Assembly: GCA_050261235.1 (NCBI GenBank)
Contig: JBLNDB010000024.1
Coordinates: forward strand, 4,189 to 68,188
DNA length: 64,000 bases
Source: Chloroflexota bacterium
Lineage (GTDB): Bacteria > Bacillota > Sulfobacillia > JBFLWA01 > JBLNDB01
Reading direction: 5' to 3'
The notes under the pieces were generated by a model. That model saw nothing but the letters and a program-made list of their open reading frames with translations. It was not told the DNA's origin and made no database searches. The stretch's first letter is position 1. Each line of letters begins with the position of its first letter. The translations under genes and the position numbers were made by a program. Shown here in pieces: positions 55,642 to 64,000 of the stretch.

Positions 55642-56940
55642 CTATCGGCGCTGCTCGTCCCGAAACCGCGCTGTCTCAAGCCCGAGCACGCACGTCGCGA
55701 CCCAGAAAGCGCCAACAGCACAGCCGGCGAGCACGTCACTGGGATAGTCCAAAGCAAGGAAGATCCTGCTCAGGCCGACTGCCAAGCCGAACGCGACCGC
55801 AAGCGCGGCGCCGATTGCGCTGCGGACGCGACTCTTACCGTGGCGCCAGACGAGATAGGCGCAAATGCCCGCGAAGGCGAACGCGAGCAGCGAGTGCTGA
55901 CTTGGGAAACTGTAGGTTGGCAGTCCCGGGCCGATGATGCCCGGCGGCGGCTGACGCTTGAAGATCCCCTGCAGGAACGTGTTCAGAGCCCATGAGCCGC
56001 CGACCGCAACCGTGACGGTCACGCTCTCCCAGGCCCGGCGACGGCTGAACAGCAGGAACACGACCGCGGTGGCGGCCATGCTCAGCAGCACCCAGTCCGT
56101 TCCGAGCCAGGACAGGCCGCGCATCACCGCGCGCAGCGCCGGACCGCCCCACGATCGGGTCGCGTTCAGGATCGTCGCGTCGAATGCGTCCAGCTCCTGT
56201 TCCAACATCTCGGTGGCCAGCCTGGTGAACAAGATCAGCGACGTGCCGGCCAGGCCGAGACCGGCGATCAGGTAGTAGCCGTACACGCCAAGTGGGTAGA
56301 AGCGGCGCTGATAGACATCCCGGATCGCCGCGCCGCGGGCGCTGAGCCAGATGTCGGCAGCGCGGAGGAACCGCGTCCGCCGCGAGACGTACCACGCGCC
56401 GAGAACCAGCGCCGTCAGGCCGAGCGTAATCAGCTCGAAGTTGCTGCTGATGAACTCCAGACCGCGCTGTCCGAGCGCCATGATGAGCGCGGCCACGAGG
56501 AAAAACCGGCCGCCCCGGCCGATGATCGAGGCGATGATGACCGGTGCCCGGTTCATGTGGAAGACTCCCGCCGCGATGGTGAACACCTTGTAGGGAATCG
56601 GCGTGAACGCGGCGATGCCGACGGCCCAACCACCATAACGGGAGAACAGTTGATCGACGCGGTCGATCATCTTCTCTGAGAACAGACGACTGAGGAGCGG
56701 CCGCCCCGCGCGCCAGCCGATGAAATGGCCGAAGACGCCACCGGCGACCGAGGCGACCGTGCAGACCAGCGCGTACCAGAGCGCCAGACGCGGATTGAGG
56801 ATCGACATCGGAATGAGCAAAAGATCCGGCGGCACCGGAAAGAACGACGACTCGGCGAAGGCGACGGCGAACAGGCCCCAGACGCCGTAGCGCAGGAACA
56901 CCTCAGATGACGACCCGAGCCACGCCAAGAAAGCGGTCAC
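55642..56940 (-). CDS. DedA/VTT (YqaA-like) domain fused to a PAP2 phosphatase domain
   Basis: AFAESSFFPVPPD, FTPIPYKVF, GRGGRF; then YSFPSQH and SRIFLALDYPSDV. Confidence 0.87.
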   Translation of the reverse strand: MTAFLAWLGSSSEVFLRYGVWGLFAVAFAESSFFPVPPDLLLIPMSILNPRLALWYALVCTVASVAGGVFGHFIGWRAGRPLLSRLFSEKMIDRVDQLFSRYGGWAVGIAAFTPIPYKVFTIAAGVFHMNRAPVIIASIIGRGGRFFLVAALIMALGQRGLEFISSNFELITLGLTALVLGAWYVSRRTRFLRAADIWLSARGAAIRDVYQRRFYPLGVYGYYLIAGLGLAGTSLILFTRLATEMLEQELDAFDATILNATRSWGGPALRAVMRGLSWLGTDWVLLSMAATAVVFLLFSRRRAWESVTVTVAVGGSWALNTFLQGIFKRQPPPGIIGPGLPTYSFPSQHSLLAFAFAGICAYLVWRHGKSRVRSAIGAALAVAFGLAVGLSRIFLALDYPSDVLAGCAVGAFWVATCVLGLETARFRDEQRR

Positions 56941-57104
56941 GCCGCACTCCTCCTTCCGGTGAGCCGTTGATGCCATTCTACTACGTCTTGGCGATATTGG
57001 GCAAACCGGGCCGGGACAAGCGCAGCGCCGCCGGCATGCAAAACGCCGGGCGGATATCCGCCCGGCTGGTGAACGTGTCGATTGCTGAGGATGCAGCTCA
57101 GCGG

Positions 57105-57455
57105 TCAGTTGTTGGGTGACTCGTCGTCATCCTCATCGTCGCCGTCCTCGCCGTCGTCCTCGTCGTCCTCGTCGTCGTCGAAATCCTCGTACTCCTCGGC
57201 GACCTCGTCCCAAGCCTCTTCGACGGCCTCCCACTCTGCGTCGTCATCGATGGTGTAGAGGACGTCCTCACCCTGTTCGTCCTTCTCCAGGCGGAGGATA
57301 ACCGGACCCTCTTCCTGCTCCTCCTCGTCGACCGCAAGCAGGACAGCATATTCCTTGCCCTTGACCTCGAGCATCTGCAGCAACGTGAATTCGTGTTCCT
57401 TGCCTTCGTCGTCGGTCAGGACGATGACGTCCTCGCGTTCGCTCAAACTACTCAC
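57105..57455 (-). CDS. DUF1292 (YrzB-like) acidic protein
   Basis: LTDDEGKEHEF, YAVLL, IDDDAEWEAV; downstream of ruvX. Confidence 0.88.
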   Translation of the reverse strand: MSSLSEREDVIVLTDDEGKEHEFTLLQMLEVKGKEYAVLLAVDEEEQEEGPVILRLEKDEQGEDVLYTIDDDAEWEAVEEAWDEVAEEYEDFDDDEDDEDDGEDGDDEDDDESPNN

Positions 57456-57542
57456 CTCTCCTGAGTTAGCGATGCCTTCTGAGTTTGCCCCGTGCCATCA
57501 GGTTTCAAACTACCGCTAGCCTATCCTAAAATGCGTTGGCGG

Positions 57543-57962
57543 TCAAGGCTTCGCGGCCCCCGAATCGATAAAATTCTGGAGAATGATGGACGCGGCGACC
57601 ATGTCGACGACCTTCCGGCGGCCCGCCCGGCTGACATCGGCCTCGAGCAGGCTCCGCTGCGCCGAGACCGTCGACAGCCGCTCATCCCACTCGCGGACCG
57701 GCAAGCCGAGGCGCTCGCGGCACTCGGCGGCGAACGCTCGCGCCTGCTCGCCGCGCGGCCCGATCGTGCCATTCATATTACGCGGCAGCCCGACGACTAT
57801 GCCACCGACCCCGTATTCGCGAGCCAACTCGGCGAGCCGGGCGAAGTCCGCCTCTGCAGTCCGACGCCGAATCACTTCGATGCCCTGGGCGGTGATGCCG
57901 AGCGGGTCGCTGACGGCTACGCCGATCGTCCGGTCGCCGACGTCAAGCCCGAGCCAGCGCAT
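57543..57962 (-). CDS. ruvX: Holliday junction resolvase-like RuvX/YqgF
   Basis: GLDVGDRTIGVAVSD, VVGLP, WDERLST, VDMVAA..ILQ. Confidence 0.95.
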   Translation of the reverse strand: MRWLGLDVGDRTIGVAVSDPLGITAQGIEVIRRRTAEADFARLAELAREYGVGGIVVGLPRNMNGTIGPRGEQARAFAAECRERLGLPVREWDERLSTVSAQRSLLEADVSRAGRRKVVDMVAASIILQNFIDSGAAKP

Positions 57963-57975
57963 GACATCAGCCCCC

Positions 57976-58926
57976 TTAGAAGACTTTGATGAAGAAGTCG
58001 CGGCAAGCGGGCACGCAGTAGCTGCAGAGGATGCAACGTTCCGGGTCGACGACGGCCCGTTCGCGCTCAATGCGCAGCGCACCCTGGGGGCAGCGCTCGA
58101 CGCACTTGCCGCAGCCATGGCACCACTCTTCGACCCGCAGCCGCTTCGCGGGCCCGTTGGCGGCGGCCGCGACCGCCTCGGCCGCAGGCGTCTCGCCGCA
58201 GATGACCGCCGCGTCGACGGCGAGTTCAGCCGCGCTGCGGCAGCCGACCGCGATCGCATCCAGGCAGGGCTGACCGGCGGCCCAGACCAGCGCCTGCGCG
58301 GCGTCGCCGGTCAGGTGTCCGCCGCCGATCGCCTTCATGCCGAAGACGCCCTTGCCGACCGCGTGCGCGTCAGCGATCGCCGCCAACATATCGTCGCGAC
58401 TGCCGTCAAGGATGCCGATGCCGGCCTGGTTGATCAGCGGGTGGAGGACCTCCAACTCGTCGATGACGGTCATTGCCCGGACCGCCGCCACGGCGTGGGT
58501 CGAGACGCCGACCGCGCCGACCAGGCCGCGCTGCTTGGCCTCGAGCAGATACTCGACAGCGGGCCAGTGTCCGCGGATGGTCAGGCCCGATTCCTGCTCG
58601 TGGAGCATGAAGATGTCGATCCGTTCGCGTCCGGTCTCGCGCAGCGCCCGGGCGAGCGACGCCGCCATGCCCTCGCGCGTGTGATCGAACGATTTCGAGC
58701 TGATGATGACTTCCCCCGGCCAGCCGCGCAGGCCCTCGCGCAGATAGTCATAAGTATTGTAGAGGTCCGCGGTGTCGAAGAAGTTGACGCCGAGGTCAAG
58801 GGCGGCCCGAATCAGGTCAGCCCCTTCCCGGAGGGGCAGGTTGGCCTGGGACGGTCCCATCGTCAGCGTGCCGAGGCAGAGTCGTGACACCCTCAGGCCG
58901 GTTCGTCCAAGTGTGCGGTAGTCCAT
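57976..58926 (-). CDS. Aldo/keto reductase with C-terminal 2x4Fe-4S ferredoxin
   Basis: YRTLGRTGL.VS, FDTADLY, CHGCGKCVERCP, CILCSYCVPAC. Confidence 0.9.
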   Translation of the reverse strand: MDYRTLGRTGLRVSRLCLGTLTMGPSQANLPLREGADLIRAALDLGVNFFDTADLYNTYDYLREGLRGWPGEVIISSKSFDHTREGMAASLARALRETGRERIDIFMLHEQESGLTIRGHWPAVEYLLEAKQRGLVGAVGVSTHAVAAVRAMTVIDELEVLHPLINQAGIGILDGSRDDMLAAIADAHAVGKGVFGMKAIGGGHLTGDAAQALVWAAGQPCLDAIAVGCRSAAELAVDAAVICGETPAAEAVAAAANGPAKRLRVEEWCHGCGKCVERCPQGALRIERERAVVDPERCILCSYCVPACRDFFIKVF

Positions 58927-59008
58927 TGCCGTGTGTCCTCGCGTCCGCCGCCGGTCGCGGCAAAAGTGAAGGGCGCAGGTATAGCCTGCGCCCCGAGTCG
59001 CATAGCGG

Positions 59009-59266
59009 TCACTTGCCGACCAGGTAACTCTTGACCAGCTCGGCAAGCAGTTCGTCGCGTTCGACCTTGCGCACCAGGCTGCGCGCGCCGCCATGGCTGG
59101 TGATGTAAGCCGGATCGCCTGACAGGAGGTACCCGACGATCTGGTTGATCGGGTTATGGCCCTTCTCCTTCAGCGCTTGATAGACGCGGACGAGCACCTC
59201 GCCGGCGCCGATCTCATCCTCCGCGCGAAGCTTCTTCCACATCATCGTGTTCTCGTGTTCCGTCAT
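59009..59266 (-). CDS. ireB: IreB/UPF0297 regulatory phosphoprotein
   Basis: [29 protein letters not shown]. Confidence 0.93.
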   Translation of the reverse strand: MTEHENTMMWKKLRAEDEIGAGEVLVRVYQALKEKGHNPINQIVGYLLSGDPAYITSHGGARSLVRKVERDELLAELVKSYLVGK

Positions 59267-59390
59267 TCGGCTCACCCCCAACCCCTTGCTGGTGAATGTA
59301 TTCTATCGCCCGGCGGCCCTTTCCTCTTTTTCTGCCTGTTAGCATCTCTGGAAGGACGACAGGCTATGCGAGGCGCTCCGCCGCTGCCTC

Positions 59391-62024
59391 TCAGGCGCCA
59401 ATGGCAGTCCTGACCAGTTCCGGCACCAGCGCCAGCGCTTCGCTGAGCTTGCCGGCGTCCTTGCCGCCGGCCTGGGCCATGTCCGGACGCCCACCGCCAC
59501 CGCCGCCGGTGACCTTGGCCACCTCGCGGACGATGTTGCCGGCGTGCAGCCCGCGCTTGCCGAGACCGCCGGTGACCATTGCCACCAGATTGCACTTGCC
59601 ACCGGCCGCCGGCGACCCGAGCACGATCACCGCCTCGCCGGCCTGCTCGCGGATGCGGTCGCCGAGGGACCGCAGCGCATCCATATCCGGCACGCTGACC
59701 TCGGCCGCAATCACCTTGACGCCGCCGATGTCGACGGCGCGGGCGAGCACCGGATCGACCTGAGCCGCCGCCGCCTTGCCGCGGGCCTGCTCGAGTTCCC
59801 GCTGGGTGTCGCGCAGTTCCGCCAGAACATCGCGCACGCGCGTCGCCAGAGTATCGGCGTTGGCCTTGAGCTCAGCGGCCAGTTCGTCGATGATCGCCTC
59901 GCGGCTGCGCAGGTACGCCATGACGCCACTGCCGGTGACCGCCTCGATGCGACGCAGCCCGGAGCCGACGCTGCCCTCGCTGACGATCTTGAGCAGGCCG
60001 ATTTCGCTGGTCGAGCGGACGTGCGTACCACCGCAGAGCTCCTTGCTCCATTCGCCCATCGTCACGACGCGCACGACATCGCCGTACTTCTCGCCGAACA
60101 GGGCAGTCGCGCCTTCGGCGCGCGCCTCGGCGATCGGCTTCTCGACGATGGTGACCGCAAGGTCGGCCAGCACTTGACGGTTGACGATGTCCTCGATCCG
60201 CACCAGCTCTTCGGCAGCCACCGGGCTGAAGTGCGAGAAGTCGAAGCGCAGCCGCTCCGGCTCGACCAGCGAGCCGGTCTGGTGGACATGGTCGCCCAGG
60301 ACCTCGCGCAAGGCCTTGTGAAGCAGGTGAGTCGCGCTGTGGTTGCGCTCGGTCGCGCGCCGGCGCAGGGCGTCGACCTCACTCCGGGCCGCCTGCCCTT
60401 CTTCGAGCGAACCAGTGGCAACGCGACCGAAATGGATGTACTTGCCGTCTGGAAGGCGCTTGACACTCTCGACGGCGAACTCGCCACTGTCAGTAGCGAT
60501 GCGGCCGCGATCGGCCACCTGGCCGCCGCTCTCGGCGTAGAACGGCGTGGTGTCAAGGACGAGCGACGCCTCCTCACCCGCCTGAGCCGCGCTGACCCGC
60601 TCCTCGCCGCTGAAGATGGCGATCACGCTGGCTTGCGCCGAGAGGGTCTCGTAGCCGACGAAGCTGGTCGCCGGGATGCCGGCCAGGCCGCGCGCGATTC
60701 CGCCGCTGCTGGCTTCCCAGCCTTCGGCGCCCTTGCGGGCTGCGCGCGCCCGCTCGCGCTGCGCCGTCATCGCCTGTTCGAAGCCGTCGCGATCGACTGT
60801 CAGCCCGTGCTCGCGGGCGAAGTCTTCCGTCAGGTCGAGCGGGAACCCGTACGTGTCCGCCAGCAGGAACGCCTCGGCGCCGCTGATGATCGTCCGGCCT
60901 TCGCGCTGGATGATCTCGATCATGTCGTTGAGCTTGTTCGTGCCCTCATTGAGGGTCGCGAGGAAACGCTCTTCCTCGCTGCGGATGACGCGGGCCGCGA
61001 AGTCCGCCTTGGCGGCGATCTCCGGATAGGCCTCGCCCATCACGCCAACGACCACCGGCACGAGTTTGTACAGGAAGGCGCCGTCGATGCCGAGCACCTT
61101 GCCGTACCGTACCGCACGGCGCAGCAGACGACGGATGACATAGCCGCGGCCTTCGTTGGACGGCGACGCGCCGTCGGCGATGGCGAACAGCACTGCGCGG
61201 CTGTGGTCGGCGATCAGATGCAGGGCCATGTCGGTCTTGCCGTCCTTGACGTACTTGACGCCGGCCATTCTGGCCGCGGCCTCGACCATCGGCCAGAGAA
61301 GGTCGGTCTCGAAGTTCGTCGCGACGTCCTGCATGATCGAGGCCATGCGTTCGAGGCCCATGCCGGTGTCGATGTTCTTCTTCGGCAGCGGCGTGTGCGT
61401 GCCGTCGACATTGTGGTTGAACTGGGTGAAGACGTTGTTCCAGAACTCGAGGTAGCGCCCGCACTCGCAGAGCGGGCCGCAGTCCGGCTTGCCGCAGCCG
61501 TACTTCTCGCCGCGATCGTAATAGATCTCGGTGTTCGGGCCGCACGGGCCAGGGCCGATGTCCCAGAAGTTGCCCTCGTCATCGACGATCCGCCCGTCCG
61601 GCAGTCCGGCGATCTCCTTCCAGAGCTGACGCGCTTCGTCATCGCTCGGGTGGACGGTGACCCAGATCTTCTCGGCCGGGAGCTTCAGCCATTCGGTGAT
61701 GAACTCCCAGGACCATGTTATGGCTTCACGCTTGAAGTAGTCACCGATCGAGAAGTTGCCGAGCATCTCGAAGAACGTGTGGTGACGCGGCGTCCGGCCG
61801 ACGTTCTCGATGTCGTTGGTGCGGATGCACTTCTGCGACGATGCGAGACGCAGGTTGGGCGGCGCCACGCGGCCCTCGAAGTAGGGCTTGAGCGGCGCCA
61901 TGCCGGCGTTGATCCAGAGCAGGGTCGGGTCGCCGACCGGCACCAGGGAAGCGCTCGGCAGCACGGTGTGGCCTTTGCTGGCGAAGAACTCAAGGTACTT
62001 GGCGCGAATTTCGTTGCCTGTCAT
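59391..62024 (-). CDS. alaS: Alanine--tRNA ligase
   Basis: HHTFFEMLGNFS, DTGMGLER, DTYGFP, NHSATHLL, ELCGGTH, GGGGRPDMAQAGG. Confidence 0.98.
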   Translation of the reverse strand: MTGNEIRAKYLEFFASKGHTVLPSASLVPVGDPTLLWINAGMAPLKPYFEGRVAPPNLRLASSQKCIRTNDIENVGRTPRHHTFFEMLGNFSIGDYFKREAITWSWEFITEWLKLPAEKIWVTVHPSDDEARQLWKEIAGLPDGRIVDDEGNFWDIGPGPCGPNTEIYYDRGEKYGCGKPDCGPLCECGRYLEFWNNVFTQFNHNVDGTHTPLPKKNIDTGMGLERMASIMQDVATNFETDLLWPMVEAAARMAGVKYVKDGKTDMALHLIADHSRAVLFAIADGASPSNEGRGYVIRRLLRRAVRYGKVLGIDGAFLYKLVPVVVGVMGEAYPEIAAKADFAARVIRSEEERFLATLNEGTNKLNDMIEIIQREGRTIISGAEAFLLADTYGFPLDLTEDFAREHGLTVDRDGFEQAMTAQRERARAARKGAEGWEASSGGIARGLAGIPATSFVGYETLSAQASVIAIFSGEERVSAAQAGEEASLVLDTTPFYAESGGQVADRGRIATDSGEFAVESVKRLPDGKYIHFGRVATGSLEEGQAARSEVDALRRRATERNHSATHLLHKALREVLGDHVHQTGSLVEPERLRFDFSHFSPVAAEELVRIEDIVNRQVLADLAVTIVEKPIAEARAEGATALFGEKYGDVVRVVTMGEWSKELCGGTHVRSTSEIGLLKIVSEGSVGSGLRRIEAVTGSGVMAYLRSREAIIDELAAELKANADTLATRVRDVLAELRDTQRELEQARGKAAAAQVDPVLARAVDIGGVKVIAAEVSVPDMDALRSLGDRIREQAGEAVIVLGSPAAGGKCNLVAMVTGGLGKRGLHAGNIVREVAKVTGGGGGGRPDMAQAGGKDAGKLSEALALVPELVRTAIGA

Positions 62025-62061
62025 CACTGGGCATTCCTCCCTCGGTTGGTCGTGCGGCAAT

Positions 62062-62295
62062 GCAAAAACCCTCGTCCCTGTTGCAGGGACGAGGGTCTTC
62101 TCGTCGTACCACCCTGATTCGCCGCGCCTTCACAGGCCGCGGCCTCAGCCGGTGCGGTGCACCGATGCGCTGTAGCGGGCGCGCCCGGCGGCTTCATCAG
62201 CCGCTGCTCCGGGGTGGCTGCACCGTGTGTCCCAAGGGCTTGCACCGGCCGCCCTCTCTCTGTCTGCCGCACACTGGCGCTCTTCCCATCTTCGC
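62062..62295 (-). ncRNA. T-box riboswitch leader of alaS
   Basis: Minus strand AGAGA...GGTGCAA stem I elements, T-box AATCAGGGTGGTACGACG, terminator CCCTCGTCCCTG/CAGGGACGAGGG-TTTTT. Confidence 0.9.
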
Positions 62296-62344
62296 TTGAA
62301 GGTATCTTACCACGATTCGCGAGCCTGTGCAAGGTTGGCGGCGT

Positions 62345-63607
62345 TCAGCGCCAAAGTAGCCAGATGAACAGCGAGCTGCTGAGGACGGCCGCGAGCGTGA
62401 ACGGCATGCCGATCCGGCAGAACTCGCCGAACGACACGCTATGCCCCTCGCGCCGCAGGATCGAGACGCCGACCACGTTCGCGGAGGCGCCGATCGGCGT
62501 GATGTTGCCGCCGAGGGTCGTGCCGATCATCATCCCGAACATCATCACATACGGTGAGACGCCCAGGTTCGCTGCCACGATCTGGGCGACCGGCAGCATG
62601 GCCATGGTATAGGGGATGTTGTCGACGAACGCCGAGATGATGACTGACATCCAGACGAGGATATTGTAGGCGAGGAACGAGTTGCCGCGGGTCGCCGACG
62701 AGATGACGTCGGCGATGTCATGGATGATGCCGACGGCAGTCAGGCTGCCGATGAGGACGAACAGCCCGCAGAGCAGGAAGACCGTCTGCCAGTCGATGTC
62801 CTCACGCATGTTGAGCTCCTTATAGCGGGTGAACGCGTTCCAGAACAGGGCAACGAGCGCGTAGCCGAGGGCGATCAGGCCGATCGTGTAGTCAGGTCGG
62901 CCGGGTATGAAGCTCGAGAGCGCCATCGTCACCATCGTCATGACCATCAGGATGGTCGGCACCCAGGAAGTGACGGCAACCGGTTCGACTGGCACGACGA
63001 CGCCCTTGATCCTGGCGAAGATGCGGCCGAGGACGAGCCAGGCGAAGACCGAACCCAACTGGACGGCGAAGAAAATGCCCGGACGGCCGTGCATCCAGAA
63101 GAAATCGGCAAACGACATCTTCGCCGCCGATCCGAGCAGGATCGATGTCGAGTCGCCGACCAGCGTCGCGGCGCCCTGCAGGTTGGCCGAGACGGCGATG
63201 CCGATGATGAACGGCACCGGCGAGACTTTCAGCCGCTTCGAGACGGCCAGGGCAATCGGGGCGATCATCAGGACCGTGGCGACATTGTCGACGACGGCGG
63301 AGACGACGCCGGCCAGGATGCAGACCGCGAGCAGCGCCGCGGCGACGGACTTCGAGCGGCTGACCAGAAGCGCCGACAGATAGGCCGGCACCTGCGAGTG
63401 GATGAAGAACTCGGAGAGGACCATCGTGCCAAGGAAGATGCCGATGACGTTGACGTTGATGCTCCGCAGGGCCTGCTCCGGCGTGATGACGCGGAGCAGC
63501 ATCAGAACCGCGGCGCCGGTCCAGACGACGAACGGCGGCTTGCCCTTGCGCTGGATCAGCAGCACGTAGCATGTCAGGAAGACTAGTACCGTCAGCAGTT
63601 TGATCAT
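62345..63607 (-). CDS. ArsB/NhaD (ion transporter superfamily) permease
   Basis: SAVVDNVATVL, ANLQGAATLVGD, SAFVDNIPY, LGGNITPIGASANVV. Confidence 0.9.
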   Translation of the reverse strand: MIKLLTVLVFLTCYVLLIQRKGKPPFVVWTGAAVLMLLRVITPEQALRSINVNVIGIFLGTMVLSEFFIHSQVPAYLSALLVSRSKSVAAALLAVCILAGVVSAVVDNVATVLMIAPIALAVSKRLKVSPVPFIIGIAVSANLQGAATLVGDSTSILLGSAAKMSFADFFWMHGRPGIFFAVQLGSVFAWLVLGRIFARIKGVVVPVEPVAVTSWVPTILMVMTMVTMALSSFIPGRPDYTIGLIALGYALVALFWNAFTRYKELNMREDIDWQTVFLLCGLFVLIGSLTAVGIIHDIADVISSATRGNSFLAYNILVWMSVIISAFVDNIPYTMAMLPVAQIVAANLGVSPYVMMFGMMIGTTLGGNITPIGASANVVGVSILRREGHSVSFGEFCRIGMPFTLAAVLSSSLFIWLLWR

Positions 63608-63746
63608 GCCTGTCCCCTCCCTCTGCACGCAAAAGCGAGACCTGCTGCGGACCGAGCCTCAGCGAAGGACTCGCTTTCACGACGTCTATCGTACATTGAC
63701 CCTGCCGGTGCGGTCAATAGCTGCACGAGCGCCGGGCGCGAGACAA

Positions 63747-64000
63747 TCAGTGCCAGAGCAGCCAGACGAACGCCGCGCTGCTGACGACGGCAGCGATAGT
63801 GAACGGGAGACCGATTCTTGCGAATTCGCCGAACGTGACCGTCTGGCCTTCCTTGCGGAGAATCGAAACCGCGACGACGTTGGCCGAGGCGCCAATCGGC
63901 GTGATGTTGCCGCCAAGGGTCGTGCCGATCATCATGCCGAACATCATCACGTACGGCGAGACGCCGAGGTTCGTCGCCACCAGCTGGGCGACCGGCAGCA
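63747..64000 (-). CDS. Second ArsB/NhaD permease, 3' end only
   Basis: C-terminus nearly identical to the adjacent paralog (GTTLGGNITPIGASANVV). Confidence 0.88.
   Translation of the reverse strand, partial: LPVAQLVATNLGVSPYVMMFGMMIGTTLGGNITPIGASANVVAVSILRKEGQTVTFGEFARIGLPFTIAAVVSSAAFVWLLWH

Noticed and set aside
57115-57195. (TCG/TCC)n-like low-complexity tract
   Set aside because: Encodes the Asp/Glu-rich tail of the DUF1292 protein
59544-62117. Long antisense ORFs (857 aa here; also 10789-12165, 18581-20164, 32576-34090, 57583-58887)
   Set aside because: Shadow frames of real genes in high-GC DNA, with no recognisable motifs

Overview
High-GC chromosomal window from an endospore-forming Firmicute (spoIIIAA/AB, pro-sigK, SLH proteins, T-box leader); most genes lie on the minus strand. 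The backbone follows the conserved order alaS-ireB-ruvX-DUF1292-mltG-pbp-sigK-yqeG-aroE-pilD-aroC-aroK-aroB ... gcvT/H/PA/PB ... aroQ-pepQ-efp ... spoIIIA. Two complete Tad/Flp pilus gene clusters lie in the middle (about 22.1-28.2 kb and 35.5-43.9 kb). The second sits behind a c-di-GMP-I riboswitch, and its CpaB/RcpC carries an extra C-terminal secretin-like domain that appears to lack the usual membrane-binding motif; this is the most unusual item. Other notable items are a glycine-riboswitch-controlled gcv operon extended by LipS1/LipS2-type radical-SAM lipoyl synthases, lipM and lpdA; an inverted aroQ-pepQ-efp block bounded by a ~185-nt rod-like inverted repeat; two SLH proteins divergent from Tad locus 1; a frameshifted lipoprotein gene; a DedA-PAP2 fusion; and tandem ArsB/NhaD transporter paralogs. 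I saw no tRNA, rRNA, CRISPR array, transposase or integrase. All calls come from motif recognition by eye; no database searches were run.
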